A stretch of 64,000 nt of DNA, from assembly GCA_000004695.1 (NCBI GenBank), contig CM000153.2, forward strand, positions 3,136,001 through 3,200,000, written 5' to 3'. The notes below the pieces were generated by a model, which was not told the origin of the DNA, ran no database searches, and was given only the letters and a program-made list of their open reading frames with translations. This DNA comes from Dictyostelium discoideum (lineage: Eukaryota). Every line of letters starts with the position of its first letter. Within the stretch, counting starts at the first letter, position 1. This document shows positions 1 to 17,630 of this stretch, in pieces. The position numbers were made by a program, and so were the translations under genes.

Positions 1-6138
<6,138 letters not shown>

Positions 6139-6184
6139 TTTATTGGTAATAATATAAATTGGATTTGATTGGAATGGTGTGTTG

Positions 6185-6235
<51 letters not shown>

Positions 6236-6276
6236 AAAAAAAAAAAATTGAAAATCAAAAAAAAAAATTGAAAACC

Positions 6277-6313
<37 letters not shown>

Positions 6314-6647
6314 CGCTAGTTGTGGATTATCGTTTTTTACCAAAAATAAAAAAAAAAACTAAAAATAGCAAAGTGAATTCCAAATAAAATGATTATTTAT
6401 AGTTTGATGTAAAAAAAAATGAAATAAAAAAAAAAAAAAATGAAAAATGAAAAATAAATATAAAGGTTGATGAGATTATATCCTGTACATTCTTTGTGTC
6501 TTTTATTATTACTTTTCTTTTTTTTTTTTTTTGGTTTCTTTTTTTTGGTTTCTTTTTTTCTTTTTTCTTTTTCTTTTTTTCTTTTTTTCTTTTTTTTTTT
6601 TTTAAAAAAAAAAAAAAATCTAAAAATATCATATTAAATTTAAATTA

Positions 6648-7161
6648 TTAATTTGCTTGTGGTGGTGCACCTAAAGGGTTCTTTAAAACTAAAATTACTG
6701 AATCTCCTCTTAAAAACATTTTACTGATGAAACGATCTTTGTTAATTGGTTTTGCTTTCTTTTTACCTTTTGCTGTTTTTGGTACTTCTGTCCAAATTTC
6801 TTTTACCTATATAAATATAAATATAAATATATATTGTTTGTGATTGTATTTGTTTTTTTTTATTTTTTTCAATAGTTTATTATATAGAATAGAACATTAG
6901 TGTTTAGTTTAATTATTTTTGTATAAATAGTATATATATATATAGTTTATAGTATATAAATCATATTTATTGATGTGTGTGAGTAATTACATTTTCTAAA
7001 ACCATATTACAATGACGATCAAATGCTCTAACTCTACCTAAAAGTTTTTTATTATTTCTAACATTTATAAGAACTTGAGTATTATTATTTACACTATCCA
7101 TTAAAATTGAGAGTGGACCATTTGAATCATCGGGTTTATCCTATTTATAAATAATAAATAA

Positions 7162-7219
<58 letters not shown>

Positions 7220-7310
7220 TAGTATGTATGTCTTTTTTATTTTATATATGTATTTGTAATGATAAATTATGATATCAAACCTCCATTGTTTCATCATTCA
7301 TTCTGCTCAT
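6648..7310 (-). CDS. snrpD2: Small nuclear ribonucleoprotein Sm D2. Three exons: 7281..7310 (ATG at 7310), 6991..7140 and 6648..6806 (stop TAA at 6650..6648). Introns are 7141..7280 and 6807..6990.
   Basis: Exon 2 translates to [50 protein letters not shown]. Exon 3 translates to [52 protein letters not shown]. The result is collinear with human SmD2 ([87 protein letters not shown]). Splice sites are GTAATT...TATAG and GTTTGA...AATAG; the first donor is weak. The predicted product is about 112 aa versus 118 aa in human. None of these exons is in the ORF track because no start codon is in frame. Confidence 0.85.
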
Positions 7311-7837
7311 TTCGATCTTTATATATATTTAAATGTTTGGTTTTAATGAAAATTTCAAAAAATTAAAAAAAATAAAAAAAAATAAAAAAAAAAAAAAAAG
7401 AAAAACAAAAAAAAAAAATAAAAAAAAGTTTTATTTTTATGAAAATTATTCAATTGCACTGATCAGTTTAAAAGAGAGTTTTTGATCTACTTTAAATCTC
7501 AAGTTCCATTTTAACATTCAAGCCTAATATAGAAAAAAAAATATTAAAAAAAAATTAAAAAAGTTAAAAAAAATAAAAAAAAATAAAAAAAAATAAAAAT
7601 AAATAAAAATAAAATAAAAAATTTAAAAAAAATGATTGGAATTAAAAAAGTATTAATTTAATTAAACCAACACTTTTACAAAAAAATAAAAATAGATTTG
7701 AAAAAATAAATAAAATAAAAAAAATGAAAAAATGAAATAAAAAAAATAAAAAAAAAATGAAATAAAAATGAAATAATAAAGAAAGAAAAGTTTTTTTTTA
7801 ATTAATTATTTATTTATTTTAAGATTTATATTCTGTT

Positions 7838-7868
<31 letters not shown>

Positions 7869-7969
7869 ATCTTTAAAATATACACAATAATTTGAAAGAA
7901 AAGATTAATTGCTGAAAAAAAATTTATTGTGTGGTTTGGAAATTTTTAAAATATTATGTAAAATATTTT

Positions 7970-8002
<33 letters not shown>

Positions 8003-9135
8003 CTCTTTAATCAAATTTATTAATTAGTTCTAGATTCTATTAATTATAATAATTTATTTCTTATTTTCATTTTTTTATTATTTTTTTTATTTTATATTAT
8101 TATTTTTGTTTTTTTTTTGAATTTTTTATTTTTTTTTGAGTTTTTTTTTTTTTTTATAAAAAAAGAGAGGGAAAAAAAAAAAAAAAGGGTTGTTAAATTT
8201 GTTACTTTTAAAAGATATTTATAGATTTTTTTTTTTATTTTGGCCAACCAAGTTAAAATTAGTAGAAATATTATAATTAATTATTAATATACTTAAAATT
8301 TTTATTTTTTATTAGAAATATAGTTAATTTTACAGTGGTAATTTTTTATATGAAAAAAAAAAACGAACTTTTTTTAGAATTCTGGGGTGTCTATATTATA
8401 AATTAAATTAAATTAAATTTATTTAAAATTCCAATTATAAATAAAGTAGGTTATAAAGTGTGTTTAACTCAATGAAGGATGAATGGCTATCCCAAGAGGT
8501 CATTTTAAAAATTGGTAATTAAAATTAAGAGATAATGTAAATTTTCAAATTAGTGTGAGGAAATTTTGTAAAATACCAAAATTGCCTTAATAACAACCTC
8601 TGAAATTTAAACTTTTAGTAAAAACACTTACAAAATTATTAAATTGATAGATTTCATAAAAAAAATTATTTAAAATGACCTTAATTTAGAAATTTTACCT
8701 TTAATATTTAATTTTTTTTAAAAAAAAATAAAAAAAAAAAAAAAAAATTTCAAAAAAAAAAAAAAACACTTTTCTATGTTTACATTATTTATATATTAAT
8801 TTTATTTATTTTAAACAGAATTTTTTTTTTTTATTAATAATCTTTGTTTTTTAATATATCTAAGTTTTCTTCTAATTAATTTTAATAATATTTTACTTTA
8901 TCAATCATTAACTCAATTTTTTATATGAAAAAAAAAAAAATTAAAAAAAAAAAAAAAAAAAATTTTAAAATAAAAAAAAAGAAACAATTATAAATAAAGA
9001 AAATTAAAATAAATGGTCAAACCATTTAAACTATATTTATTATTTAATTTTAAATTAAGTTTTAAAATATTTTAAATTTTATTTATTTTTTTTATTACAA
9101 ATATCTTTTGTTAATATATATTTTTTTTTTTTTCT

Positions 9136-9173
<38 letters not shown>

Positions 9174-9296
9174 GAATATAAAAAGTTTTAAATAGAGTTT
9201 AAAATTAAAATTTATAATTTAAAAATAATAGGTAAAATATCTTTGAAACTTTAAATTTTATATTTTAAAAAAAATAATACTCTCCATTTAATATTA

Positions 9297-9370
9297 GCCG
9301 TTTTAAAAATCGGTCTTCAAAAATTCAAATTTAAAAAAATTCACACTTTGCGCCGTTTTAAAATTACACC
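9297..9370 (+). promoter_or_regulatory. Two copies of a GC-containing motif (ttaGCCGTTTTAAAAatcgg at about 9297..9316 and gcGCCGTTTTAAAAttacac at about 9350..9369). They sit 270-350 bp upstream of the histone H1 start codon; candidate histone promoter element.
   Basis: Seen in the sequence: the 12-mer GCCGTTTTAAAA occurs twice within 60 bp, embedded in otherwise pure A/T spacer. Any regulatory role is inference only. Confidence 0.25.
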
Positions 9371-9642
9371 CAAAACACAAAAATCCAAAAAAAAATAAAA
9401 AAAAACAAGTATCAAAAAATTTAATGTGGTTTTTTTTGTAATTTTTTAAAATTTTCTAACCCAATTTTTTTTTTTTTTTTTTTTCTTTTTTCTTTTTTTT
9501 TTTTTTTTTTAAATCATTCACACAAAAAAAAAATAAAACAACCATACTCTCTTAGTTGTTATTATATATACATAAATTAAATTAAATTAAATTAATATCT
9601 TTTTTTTAAAAAAAAAAATAAAAAAATAAAAACAAATTAAAA

Positions 9643-10185
9643 ATGGGTCCAAAAGCACCAACCACTCCAACTAAAAAAGCAGCAGCCACCAAATCAAAAC
9701 CAAAACCAAATCATCCAACTTATCAAGTTATGATTAGTACAGCAATTGCACATTATAAGGATAGAACTGGTTCATCTCAACCAGCCATTATTAAATACAT
9801 TGAAGCCAATTACAATGTTGCACCAGATACTTTCAAAACTCAATTAAAACTTGCACTCAAACGTTTAGTTGCCAAAGGTACTCTTACAATGGTCAAAGCC
9901 AGTTACAAATTATCAGAAGAAGGTAAAAAGGAACACCAAGCCACTCTTGGTCCAGTTGCAAAGAAACCAAAAGCCAAGACTACCGCTACTTCAACTGAAA
10001 CAACTGCCGCTCCACCAGCTACTCCAACCAAAAAAGCTGCACCAAAGAAACCAGCTGCTAAAGCTGCTTCAACCTCAACCAAAACTGCCGCTGCTAAAAA
10101 GAACTCTGCTAAAGTAACCAAAGCAGTTAGTAAGAAGCCAGCTGCTAAAAAAGCTCCAAGTAAGAAAGTCGCTGCCAAAAAATAG
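9643..10185 (+). CDS. H1: Linker histone H1, 180 aa, single exon.
   Basis: The ORF carries a lysine/alanine/proline-rich N-terminal tail (MGPKAPTTPTKKAAATKSKPKPN). It has a winged-helix globular domain (HPTYQVMISTAIAHYKDRTGSSQPAIIKYIEANY...LKLALKRLVAKGTLTMVKASYKLS). The C-terminal tail is AKK/PKK-rich. This is the classic H1 architecture, and the length and composition match the known Dictyostelium H1. Confidence 0.9.
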   Translation: MGPKAPTTPTKKAAATKSKPKPNHPTYQVMISTAIAHYKDRTGSSQPAIIKYIEANYNVAPDTFKTQLKLALKRLVAKGTLTMVKASYKLSEEGKKEHQATLGPVAKKPKAKTTATSTETTAAPPATPTKKAAPKKPAAKAASTSTKTAAAKKNSAKVTKAVSKKPAAKKAPSKKVAAKK

Positions 10186-10588
10186 GTGATTTGTTTTTAA
10201 TAGTGTATTTTTTTTTTCTCTCCATCCATCTTCATTTATATTCAATTATCAAACTGTAAAAAGTTTTTTTATTTGTATTTATTATAATTGGGAAAAAAAA
10301 GAAAAGAAAAGAAAAAAAAAAAAAAGAAAACAAATTATTTATGTACATATAAAAAAAAAAAAAGAAAAAGAAAAAAAAAAAAAAAAAAAAAATTAGAAAA
10401 AAAAAAAGTATTAATTTAATTATAAAAGGTGTTTTTTCAACACCACCCAAAGAATCAAATCCATAATCAAATTTTGATAAATTTATCTATCTATATTTTT
10501 TTTAAAAAAAAAAAAAGAAAAAAAAAAAAAGAAATTAAATAGTTTTTAATTTTACTTATATTATTATTTGTTTTTTAAAGGAAAAGGA

Positions 10589-10705
10589 ATGGGAATGGAG
10601 GAAGATAATGAGGAAGAGGAATTAACTTTTTTAGATGATGAATTTAGTGATGAAGCAGACGACGATGATAGCGATAGTGGAAGAAAGAAAAGAAATAAAA
10701 TGTAG
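10589..10705 (+). CDS. Candidate small ORF of 38 aa, MGMEEDNEEEELTFLDDEFSDEADDDDSDSGRKKRNKM*. It has an acidic body and a basic tail. It could be a free-standing micro-protein gene or the terminal exon of an unresolved gene; an AG acceptor (ttttttaaag|) lies just upstream.
   Basis: This is a 120-bp island of distinctly higher GC and codon-like composition (GAA/GAT/GAC-rich) inside an otherwise A/T-only spacer between H1 and the phosphatase gene. The ORF is complete with ATG and TAG. No homology is recognised. Confidence 0.25.
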   Translation: MGMEEDNEEEELTFLDDEFSDEADDDDSDSGRKKRNKM

Positions 10706-10810
10706 AATAGTAACCAAAAAAAAAAAAAAAAATAAAAGTCATATTAAAATTTTATTTTATAATTTCTATTATCTGTTTGTTTTTTGTTATTATATATTTT
10801 GTTCTATTTT

Positions 10811-12175
10811 TTAAAATTGACCTTTATTTAAATAAAATTCATCAATTATAGAATTATTAAGATTTGCGATGAATTTCCAATTTAAAGTTGTAGAATTTAT
10901 AATATTTAATAAAGCATAACCATTCAAAGATGACTTTAAACCATTTGTCCATGGTTTTGGTTCGTACCATTCTTCAATTTGACCACCTTTATTACCACCA
11001 GTGCCTATTACACAATGTACGGTTGCTTTTGGATCTTGGTAAGTACCCATTACTTCATTTTGATAAACTGGTTTTGAAGTTTCATAGGCATGACAATGAC
11101 CACTAATGAATAAATCAACATTATATTTATATAGTAAATACTCTAATGAATCAATGTATAATCGTTTACTTGTTTTTTCATCTTTATAATCATCATTACA
11201 CCAACCAAACTTTGCATTACAATAGAATGGTCTATGACTGTACATAATTAACCAGCCATTTGGATTTGAATTTCTATATTGTTTTAAATCATTTTCTATC
11301 CATGAATGTTGATCAGAGAGTGGGATATAAGTATCTTCACTTGAAATACTTATGAAATGAACTCCATTATAGTCAAATGAATACCAATTATTTGAATGAT
11401 GTTCTGTTGGCATTTGCCATGTTTTTGAATAAGCAGAGAATTCATCGCCAAATGAATCATGATTACCAGGTGTTGTCATGTATGGTAGTGTTGAAGTTAT
11501 TGAATTTATAGATGATAAGAAATTATTCCAAATAGTTTCATTACCATAATATTTTGAATCCTTACTATAATCAGCATATGCAATATCACCAACATGTGTT
11601 ACAAATGATAATTGATTTGAAATTGATTTTAAATTATTAATTGTATACCAATCTGAATTTAAACTATCACCATCAATATAACCCATATCACCAAACCAAG
11701 ATGATGTAAATGGTATTACTTCATTATCAATACCACCACTACCACTATCACTATTATCACTAATATCTGAACGACTTGTAAAATTATATAATTGGCTCCA
11801 TTGATTTGTAACTTTATCACCAACACAATAGAAATAAATCATTGATTGAGATAAATTTTCAATTAATCCTGTATATGTAAAACTATGAAATCCTTCTGTG
11901 TCATAATAAATTGTTTCTGCTGTTGATGAAGTTATTGAATTTGATGTTGCATAATTATCTGGTTCAAATAATTCTGTACTGTATAAAAGTGATGGTCCTT
12001 CAATTAAATCAATTGAATTCCATGTTATTCTCAACGAATTTTTTGAATATTTTGTAAATGAAATTTTAATTGATTCTGGTTTAGAAATTACAATTTTAAC
12101 TATGGATGACAATAAAATTATAATTGTTATAGTTTGATAAAATTTTAAAATTGAGTTACTAACCAATTTTTTCAT
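10811..12175 (-). CDS. Purple acid phosphatase (binuclear metallophosphoesterase), secreted, 454 aa, single exon.
   Basis: N-terminal signal peptide (MKKLVSNSILKFYQTITIIILLSSIVKIVIS). Metallophosphoesterase motifs appear in order: GDMG, GDIAYAD, GNHD, VHFISISSE, GHCHAYE (GHxH). The fold is PAP-like, with N-glycosylation-rich sequence. Confidence 0.85.
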   Translation of the reverse strand: MKKLVSNSILKFYQTITIIILLSSIVKIVISKPESIKISFTKYSKNSLRITWNSIDLIEGPSLLYSTELFEPDNYATSNSITSSTAETIYYDTEGFHSFTYTGLIENLSQSMIYFYCVGDKVTNQWSQLYNFTSRSDISDNSDSGSGGIDNEVIPFTSSWFGDMGYIDGDSLNSDWYTINNLKSISNQLSFVTHVGDIAYADYSKDSKYYGNETIWNNFLSSINSITSTLPYMTTPGNHDSFGDEFSAYSKTWQMPTEHHSNNWYSFDYNGVHFISISSEDTYIPLSDQHSWIENDLKQYRNSNPNGWLIMYSHRPFYCNAKFGWCNDDYKDEKTSKRLYIDSLEYLLYKYNVDLFISGHCHAYETSKPVYQNEVMGTYQDPKATVHCVIGTGGNKGGQIEEWYEPKPWTNGLKSSLNGYALLNIINSTTLNWKFIANLNNSIIDEFYLNKGQF

Positions 12176-12707
12176 TTTTTTTATTTTTTTTATTTTTTTT
12201 TTTTGGTAGGTGGTTTTTCTTTTAAAAAAAAAAAAACAAAAATTAATAAATGTTTAAATCCAATTAAAGGTAAAAAAGGAAAAAAAAAATGTAAGGAAAA
12301 AAGAAAATAAAAAAATAAAAAAAATAATTATTATTATTATTATTATTATAATTTAAAAAATGACATTAATATTATAAAAAAATCTCTACCTACAGGTGTT
12401 GTAAATGGACAAAAAAAAATACTGAAAACAATAAAAAAAATATGGAAAAAGAATGGGGGTCTACCCGTTAAATTAAAATATTAAAATTTAACTCCCAAAT
12501 TATTATTATTTTTATTTTTTTTTTTGTGTGTGGGAAAATGAAAAATAAAAACAATGACACGATCTTTTTTTTTTTTTAATTAGATATTTAAATTAATTAA
12601 AAATAAGAAAAAAAGAAAAAAAAAAAAGAAAAAAAAAAAAAAATTAAAATAATAATAACGCCAAACGAATATTACAAAACGGCAATGGAATTTTTTATTT
12701 TCGTTTG

Positions 12708-12756
<49 letters not shown>

Positions 12757-13442
12757 GATTCAACCAACTTAATAAATTTGCTTTTAAAATTAAAAAAAAA
12801 TTAGTAAAAATAATAATAATAATTTTTCGGGTATCTAGTTTAAATTGTTTTGTGGATCATCTCAAAATGTGAATTTCCATGACTCGTCATTAATATTTAA
12901 AAAATTTCTTTAAATGTTTTTTCATTTTTTTAAAATTTTTGTGAAAATGGAAAAACAATTGTTTTTTAATAAATCTTTAAAAAAATAAATTATAACACCA
13001 CTATTAAAAAAAAAAAAATTATCTTTTAACTAAACTTTAATATCCATAAATTTAAAAAAATTTGAATAATGATTTTAAATAAATAATAATAATTCTATAT
13101 AATTATGTAATGATTTAGTTTCAATTGATTCTTCTTCCTCTGTTATTTTTTTTTTTTTATTGGAACTGAAAAAATTGAAAATAAAAATCATTTTCACTAT
13201 TATTTTTATTTTTATTTTTATTTATATTTGAAATTATCATCATCCGAAAATTGGGAATTAAAAAAAAAAAAAACAATTTAAAAAATCAATATTTTCATCT
13301 ACTATTATTTGTTTTCAAGCAAAAGTTATAATTTGAATTAAAGAAGTTTTAAAAATTAGAATTATTAATAATAAATAATAATAAATAAAAAAAGGTTAAC
13401 CTTTTAGAACTAAAATTTAAATTATTTATTTTATTTTTTTTT

Positions 13443-14879
13443 TTATTCTTTTTTAGATTTTAAAGAATTGTGAGTAAAAACATCACCAAAAGTTGAATCT
13501 GAAATAAAGAAAACTTCAATGTGTTTATATTGATCAATTAAATTTTTAAAGTCATCAACATAGGTTGGTAATGAATCAATTGTCATATTTAAAAAGTAAT
13601 GAGAGTGACGAGTTATTGTTTGATTATTTTTAAAAATAAATTCAAAGAAATCTGAACAATTTGGTGGTAATTTTGAGGTTTTAAATATTTTAATTGATTT
13701 ATTATTTGCAATTGCTGAACCAAATGATTCTATAAACTTGATTGGTAATTTAAATTGAGTGGCGTATGCAATTGGAAAAGTGCAATGTTGACCAATAGAT
13801 AAGAGTTTAAGAGTTTTATGATTTTCAATACACTCTGTAATAAACTTCCAATAATGCATAAAATTCTTATTACATTCATCTAGTTCTGAGCACATGCATC
13901 CTTTTGTAGTTCCATCAATTTGAAGTACTAAATTATCAAAACAAATTTGGAATGATAATTCATGGATATTTGGAACCAATTTCAAAACATAATATAAACT
14001 CTCCACTGTGTGAACTTGATAATTGTCAATTGTCAATGATTTAGCAAATGTTAGACAACTTGTGTTTTCGTCATCATCAGCACCAATTAATTGTTTATAA
14101 AGTTCAATGTAAAGATTAATATCAGCTCTATCAATTATTAAATTTTCTATTTTCTTTAATGGTTTTAAAATTGAGACTAATCTTGATGGTGGCATATTAA
14201 AACCTTCTGAATCTATTACTTCTTTAATGTTTGGTGATAATGGTGATTTTGTAATTAATTGATTTACTCTTCCTTCTTCTTGCTCTTCATCATCTAATTT
14301 AATTCCTAAATATAAAAAACCAAGTCTAATATAATGGAAATCCAATTTATTTGTGAAAATAATGTCATCATTTTCCATACCATTTGAAATTACTAATTTC
14401 TTTAAATTCTTAAATTCATTTACTTTTTTATTAATAAAATCAATAAATTGATTCATTTTATCTTGATCAATTTCTGTTAATGAAATTTCTGAAATATTTA
14501 ATCTTATATATTTTATATTTTCATTTTTTATTAATTTAAATTTATTATTATTATCACTGTTATTATTATTATTATTATTATTATTATCATTTGTTGTTTC
14601 TATAATATTTTTATTCCAAAGATAATCAAATAATTTGATTGTTGGGGATAATGGTGAATGAGAAAAATTAACAAGTGATACCAATTCTGAAGACAATGAA
14701 TTGAACCAATGCCAATTTACCAATGACATTGATTTAACTAATTCTGAAATAATCGAATCTTTTTCGGCTTTTTCTTGTTCATCTTGTCCAAAAAAGGTTA
14801 TTGTTTTATTATATTTATTTATTTCTTTTGCTAAAATTGAAATAATATCTTTTTCTAATAATAATGATAATTTTATCAT
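13443..14879 (-). CDS. Hypothetical protein, 478 aa, with an internal Asn run; no family recognised.
   Basis: Long ORF with typical Dictyostelium-like codon usage and an (AAT)n-encoded N9 tract. No motif was recognised by eye. Confidence 0.5.
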   Translation of the reverse strand: MIKLSLLLEKDIISILAKEINKYNKTITFFGQDEQEKAEKDSIISELVKSMSLVNWHWFNSLSSELVSLVNFSHSPLSPTIKLFDYLWNKNIIETTNDNNNNNNNNNSDNNNKFKLIKNENIKYIRLNISEISLTEIDQDKMNQFIDFINKKVNEFKNLKKLVISNGMENDDIIFTNKLDFHYIRLGFLYLGIKLDDEEQEEGRVNQLITKSPLSPNIKEVIDSEGFNMPPSRLVSILKPLKKIENLIIDRADINLYIELYKQLIGADDDENTSCLTFAKSLTIDNYQVHTVESLYYVLKLVPNIHELSFQICFDNLVLQIDGTTKGCMCSELDECNKNFMHYWKFITECIENHKTLKLLSIGQHCTFPIAYATQFKLPIKFIESFGSAIANNKSIKIFKTSKLPPNCSDFFEFIFKNNQTITRHSHYFLNMTIDSLPTYVDDFKNLIDQYKHIEVFFISDSTFGDVFTHNSLKSKKE

Positions 14880-14926
14880 TTTTAATAATTATTTTTACAA
14901 CTAAAAAAAAAAAAAAAAAAACCAAC

Positions 14927-14960
<34 letters not shown>

Positions 14961-15285
14961 AATTCAAAAAAAAAATTTTTTTTTGTTTAAAAATAAGTAA
15001 AAAAATCTTTTTTTGAAATGGTTTTTTTTTTTTTTTTTTTTAAAAATTTTTAAAAATTAAAAGTTTTAAATTTGGAATTTTTTTTTTTTTTTTTTTGGAG
15101 GGAAATTTTTAAATTAATGGGGATAAAGTTTTTATAATTATGGAATTTGTTAAAAAAAAAAAAAAATTTTAAAAATTTTAAAAAAATTTTTTGTTTTTAA
15201 ATATAAAAAAATTAATTTAAAAGGTTAAGAAAATATTTTTTAAATATCCCCAAATTTTATTTTAATTTATGGTTTCAAAAACAAA

Positions 15286-15316
<31 letters not shown>

Positions 15317-15722
15317 TATTTTTTTTTTTATTTTTTTATAAAAAAAAAAAAAAAAAAAATAAAAAAAAGATTTTTTTTCAAAATTTTTTTTTTTTTTTTT
15401 TTGAACACAAACGATTGTTATTGTAGGTAAAAACATTTTATAATACAATCATCATTGGAATAAATGGTATTTTCATTTTTTTTTTTTTTTTTTTTTAATT
15501 TATTTTATTTCGGGAATTAAAGAAAAACACAAAAAATAAATAAAATAAATAATAAAATAAAAATTAAAAAAAAAAAAACAATCACACAATCTTAAAAAAA
15601 AAAAAAGAGATATTTTAAATTAATTTTATTATTAACTTTTTTTCTTTTTTTTTTTTTTTTATTTTTTTTATTTTTTTTATTTTTTTAATTTTATTTAGAA
15701 TATTAGGAATATAATAAAAAAG

Positions 15723-16583
15723 ATGCAAATTTCAGATTTTATTCTTGTAATTATTGGATCAGTTGCATTAGCAGCAGGTGTTAAATATGTATTTACTTTA
15801 ACATCAGGTAGTAATAAAGATAAAAAAGGTGGTGAAGCAGAGAAAGGTAAACAAGTTGAAAAAGCATTAGATCCACAAGAATATAGAAAGTTTCAATTAA
15901 AAGAGAAATTCATAGTGAATCATAATACTAGAATCTTTAGATTTGCATTACCAAATGAAGATGATATTTTAGGTTTACCAATTGGCCAACACATTTCATT
16001 GAGAGCAGTTGTTGGTGGCAAAGAAGTTTATCGTCCATATACACCAATTTCATCAGACGAAGAGAGAGGTTACTTTGATCTCTTAATCAAAGTCTATGAA
16101 AAGGGTGCCATGTCAGGCTACGTTGACAACATGTTCATTGGCGACTCAATCGAAGTTAAAGGTCCAAAAGGTAAATTCAACTACCAACCAAACATGCGTA
16201 AATCAATCGGTATGTTAGCTGGTGGTACAGGTATCACTCCAATGTTACAAGTCATCAAAGCAATCTTGAAAAATCCATCCGATAAAACTGAAATCTCTTT
16301 AGTCTTTGGTAACATCACCGAAGAGGATATCCTCCTCAAGAAGGAATTGGACGAATTGGCTGAAAAACATCCACAATTCAAAGTTTACTACGTTTTAAAT
16401 AATCCACCAAAAGGTTGGACTCAAGGTGTTGGCTTTGTATCTAAAGAAATCATTGAATCACGTTTACCTTCTCCATCTGATCAAACTATGGTTATCATGT
16501 GTGGTCCACCAATGATGAATAAAGCAATGACTGGTCATTTAGAAACTATTGGTTTTAATGAATCAAATATTTTCACTTTTTAA
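15723..16583 (+). CDS. cyb5r1: NADH-cytochrome b5 reductase, 286 aa, single exon.
   Basis: N-terminal membrane anchor, then an FAD-binding RPYTP motif (YRPYTPISS). NAD-binding motifs GGTGITP and CGPPMM follow. The protein is collinear with cytochrome b5 reductases. Confidence 0.9.
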   Translation: MQISDFILVIIGSVALAAGVKYVFTLTSGSNKDKKGGEAEKGKQVEKALDPQEYRKFQLKEKFIVNHNTRIFRFALPNEDDILGLPIGQHISLRAVVGGKEVYRPYTPISSDEERGYFDLLIKVYEKGAMSGYVDNMFIGDSIEVKGPKGKFNYQPNMRKSIGMLAGGTGITPMLQVIKAILKNPSDKTEISLVFGNITEEDILLKKELDELAEKHPQFKVYYVLNNPPKGWTQGVGFVSKEIIESRLPSPSDQTMVIMCGPPMMNKAMTGHLETIGFNESNIFTF

Positions 16584-16679
16584 AAAAAAAAAAAAACAAA
16601 TATTAAAAAATAAAATAAAATAAAAAAATAAAAAAAAATAATATATATATATACATAATAATTTATTTATTTAAAAATA

Positions 16680-16727
<48 letters not shown>

Positions 16728-16729
16728 TT

Positions 16730-17630
16730 TTAATTTTTAATTAAAACAGGTAAATAATAAGTAATCATTATATCAGTTAATACAACATGAACAATTATTG
16801 AACGTTCATAAAGACATAAAACAACTTCACTAGGTTTTAGTTGATGTATATGGAGTACTTTTGCAAACTTTTTAATATCAACACAAACGGTTGCTTGTAA
16901 ATCTGGTGATAAAACATGATCACCAAATTGTGGATGATCTAAACCACTATAAAATGTACTGATTGAACCAGAACTAGTTTCAACTTCAAATGATAACCGA
17001 TTGTTCATTGCTATCATAATCTTTAAACAATCTGAAATATTCTTCATTTTATCAATTACTTTTTGTAAATTCTTTAGATTTGGTAATAGAATATGTACCA
17101 ATGGATCTGGTAATGTGGGTTCATTAATTTGTGCCATTTGTTGTGCAGTTAAAAGAACAATTGGTATATCTTGAAAGATTACTGTACCACTTGTACCACT
17201 CTTTATTATAAAATGTAAAACTGGTCCACCCCTAACTTTAGTTAAATTTGTAAAAATATCACTTACTCCATTTGAAGTTGCTGATTGTAATACACGACGT
17301 AAACTTTCTAAATCCAATTGAAATTGAATTTCATTGTCACTCAATGATTCTATTGTAAAGTTTTCAAATATTAAACTTCTTTGAATTTCACAAAAAACTT
17401 GCATTCCATCATTAAAATCACTCTGTATAATGAATCTTAATTTATCTGGTGTTATATGACAAATACATTCATTATAAATTTTCATTATATTTTGAACTGT
17501 CTCTGTAAAATTTTTAAAAAAAAAAAAAATAATAATAATATTAGTTAACATATAAAACTTTAGGAGTATTAATAAATATTAACTTACTTAAAAGTATTGA
17601 TGCTTTTGAAATCTTTGCTTTAAATTTCAT
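16730..17630 (-). CDS. hus1: Checkpoint clamp protein Hus1 (9-1-1 complex). Two exons: 17588..17630 (ATG at 17630) and 16730..17502. Intron 17503..17587 has donor GTAAGT and acceptor TTTTACAG.
   Basis: Exon 1 translates to MKFKAKISKASILL (human HUS1 begins MKFRAKIVDGACL). The joined protein continues ..KTVQNIMKIYNECICHITPDKLRFIIQ (human ..[26 protein letters not shown]). Later segments PDPLVHILLPNLKNLQKVIDKMKNISDCLKIM (human [32 protein letters not shown]) and the C-terminal YYLPVL match Hus1. Confidence 0.8.

Noticed and set aside
6140-6632. Track ORFs 6140..6343(-), 6169..6387(+) and 6393..6632(-) encoding poly-F / poly-K peptides.
   Set aside because: They are translations of (A)n/(T)n homopolymers in the APC1 / Sm D2 spacer. 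They have no codon structure, overlap each other, and the real APC1 start is the ATG at 6138.
7320-9640. Search for tRNA, 5S or snRNA genes and retroelement (TRE/DIRS-type) fragments in the long A/T spacers (7320..9640, 12180..13440, 14880..15720, 25533..28413).
   Set aside because: No GC-rich cloverleaf-sized islands, A/B-box motifs, LTR-like direct repeats or RT-coding frames were seen. Only the small mixed-composition patches reported as low-confidence findings remain.
9869-10178. ORFs 9869..10117(+) and 9903..10178(-) inside the histone H1 gene.
   Set aside because: These are alternative-frame or antisense ORFs produced by the Lys/Ala/Pro codon bias of H1; only frame 9643..10185 gives a histone-like protein.
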